A stretch of DNA of 64,000 bases from the human T2T-CHM13v2.0 reference genome, Homo sapiens. Of the stretch, positions 61,141-64,000 are shown piece after piece; within the stretch, counting starts at the first letter, position 1, and every line of letters starts with the position of its first letter. The notes under the pieces were generated by a model. The model was not told where the DNA came from. It searched no databases and saw only the letters and a list, made by a program, of their open reading frames with translations. The stretch lies in assembly GCF_009914755.1 (NCBI RefSeq), contig NC_060939.1. One strand, given 5' to 3'. Position numbers and translations under genes: made by a program.

Positions 61141-64000
61141 TCCAATAATGCAATGTACATACATATGTGTATGTGCACATGTAAATTTTGTCTATCACAT
61201 GGGCCATTCTAAAAAAAATGATAACCTGACTTGTATCGAGGCTGTGATTAAACAGATCTGGTCATACACTAAAGCTGTCTATGCACATTGAAAGCTATAA
61301 AAGTGTTTAACTCCTTTGACCCAGAAATTTCACTATTAAAATTCTTATTTAAAAATAAACATTTATATGCATGGGTATTTGTGACAACATTGTTTCTAAT
61401 GCTAAAAGATTAGAAATAACTTAAAAATTGAACCATAGTGCCTGTTCATGAAGTAGGTAGTGGTATATATGAAAAATCAAATACTATTCAGTCATTAAAA
61501 ATCAGATGTCAGGAAAAAATTTGGAATTCATAACACAATGCTGAAAATATAGGTGAAAAATGCAGATACAGGTTATAAAACTTTGTATAGTATGATCATG
61601 ACTATATGGAAATATACACACATATATAATCTTATTTAGTGATCTGTCCATTATGCATCCATTCCATTTATTTCTATTGAAAGCACACATAAGCACCAAA
61701 AAGAGATTTTAATTTTGTACTTAATTTATTTCACATTTTTCAGTCAAAAATATTTTTAAATATTAAAAAAAGTATTTTTTAGAAAAATAAATATAACTGC
61801 AGAAATGATAGCACCTTAATTTATTAGTAAATGTGATCATACCAGATACTGTGATGGGTGTCAAAAGAATCTTTGGGAACCCTCTTCACCCCAGATGGGA
61901 ACAGTTTCCTTGGTTCTGTTTGGAGATGTCACTGAGAGGAGGGTGAATTTGCCCCTTATTTTTGCCCAGCTTCCCCAAAGCATTATTTTTTCCAAGAAAC
62001 GAAAGGACCAGATGAAATGCTAATGGACTTGATAGAGTACAGGCACAAAGATGGAGACCAAAGAATATGATTATGGAAATGGGAGCATGTGGTCTTTTGG
62101 GTGAAGAATTTTTCACTTCTTTGGAGACTGGAATGATGCAATAGAGCCCATTTATCCATTTTTCTAAATTAGAAGGTGGCAAACTGAAGGTGTCACTCTG
62201 GCCCACTTGTGTCTTTTTCTGATTTTGACCCCGCAGCCCACTTGAGATGAAACCACCTCTCCACTCTTTGTAGCTTTGGCTTAATGTCAGGCTTGGGGTG
62301 CTTGAGACTTGTACACAGGCACAGAGTGGGGGACTGCATCTGTGAGTCTCTCATTCAGGGCTCTGGAAAGCCTTGAGGAGAAGTGGTTGGACATTGGAAC
62401 AAGGGATCTTGTTTCTTAATTCAGTGGAGAAGACCAGTGTGTAGAGAATGGTGTCTGAAGCATTCTCTCAAGGTGTCCCCTGGAGAAAGTCACTCCTTTA
62501 GTCAAATTTTGGAGGCTGTTCAAAACCTTTGAATTTTGGAATATTTTCTACGTTTATTCTAACCAACCTCTTGTCATAAACACAAGGCTGTTTGCATTAA
62601 ACAATCACACTGATTGGAAATGACAGAGCCTCTCTGGCAAGCCCATCAGGCCAAGAGAGAGGCATAGCAGAGTATAACCGGGGTCAGTTTCTGAGTCCTG
62701 TCTCTGAAAATGAGACTGCCAGGCATGAGGCAGAATCTTTGTAGAGTCATACATTCTCCTGTGAGGAATTCTGTCCTGATACTTGCTCTTGACTTTGCCG
62801 TTTTTTAGTTTCTTCCTTTCACTCGTACTCACATCCTGTTGGAACGACTCATTTTGTTCTCGTTCTGCTCTGGGATTTTCTTCGGAGTGCAAACCCAGAA
62901 GTACATCTGCACTTTCTCAGCGAACTCATCGTTTGGCTGGGCTGCTCTATAATTAGATTTTTCAAAAACCTCTCTCCTCGTATATCAATTATTCCACTCC
63001 CTTAATCATCTTCCTCAGTGTTTTGCGTGATCCTACTCATTTATCAAGATGTCTGGGTCTATGCTTAAGCATTTGCAAAGAAAGAGTGATGCCTGCTACT
63101 AGAGTACAGTGTCTATGTGGAGGGCGTCTTGGGATCTTTTCTCCCATGTCTGTTCTTTTGCTTTCCACTATCCTTGCTAGATCATAACATTACTTTCATT
63201 TTCCAATCCAGAATGCTGTTCCTTTTAATGTACTTCAGGATTTCCATGATGATGGTTTTAGAAGTAGAGCATTCTGGAAATTGATGCTCTCTGTGTTTGT
63301 GTGTCTGTGTACTGGGAGACCTAACTTCCTGAAGCATTCACCAGTTGTGTAACTTATTTTCCTACGATAACCTGGGTGATAGCCAACAGGCAAGATATAT
63401 CATGAGATAAATTCCTGACCCCGTGTTGGGTAGTTAGTATAAGAGGGAAGATGGGCCAGTACTCAGGCACAGAACAGGTAACCCTCTGTTCCAACAGGAG
63501 TGCCAGAGTCTGAAAATTTACACTATGGTGATTTAATCATAGTCCCAACCTCATCAAACTAGACCTGAATAAGCTAGCAAGGTCTTAGGCAAAAGACATA
63601 TGTAAGGAAAGATATATATTTCTACAATTTGTCATTTAGGTCTTACTGTAGAACTTGATACAAATATACTGTCTGACAAGTTCTCTTCCACCTGTAGACA
63701 CTATTTTATGATGGGTATAAATTCATTCTTTTATTATAGTCACTAAGCATGAGTGATTTACTTCTTCAATTGATCTATGAGGGTTTTTAAATGCCTTATT
63801 CACTCATGTATTCACTTTTTCATCATGCATTTATTGAGAGCTTACTATAGGCTGGGTATTTTGTGGGTGCTGGGGAAGGACTGATGAGTAGAAAAAGATA
63901 TGGTCTCTGTCCTGAGTTTTATAGATCTATAGGAAAGACAGATGTTAATCATAACATCCCACAAATCCTTGTAAAATCATGGCGATGATAACTCCTAGTT

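Noticed and set aside
62605-62892. 95-aa minus-strand ORF near the CpG patch
   Set aside because: Non-ATG start and no recognisable homology. Only the regulatory interpretation was kept.

Overview
Primate (human or great-ape) genomic DNA from the 5' part of AGBL1 (cytosolic carboxypeptidase 4, CCP4; human 15q25.3), transcribed on the + strand. Four coding exons lie in the window (10750-10813, 12445-12591, 23176-23307, 27684-27777). They splice in frame through GT-AG introns into the N-terminal armadillo-like region ([35 protein letters not shown]...[11 protein letters not shown]). The first coding exon is upstream, and the last ~36 kb is intron. The rest is repeat-rich: a full-length sense L1PA carrying a nested younger L1, a twin-primed L1PA, a 13-kb nest of old L1s, about 13 Alus, MaLR LTRs, MER2, a hAT transposase fossil, and three retrocopies (tailless 5S rRNA, 5'-truncated RPL18A, SNORD74). 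I find no credible new protein-coding gene or novel biological system. The most unusual signals are mutational. They include a local ~350-bp templated duplication with several template-switch scars, a retrocopy inserted at the centre of an AT-rich palindrome, and several atypical retrotransposition structures. Gene and repeat names are recognised from memory, not from a database search. Subfamily calls and old-repeat boundaries are approximate.
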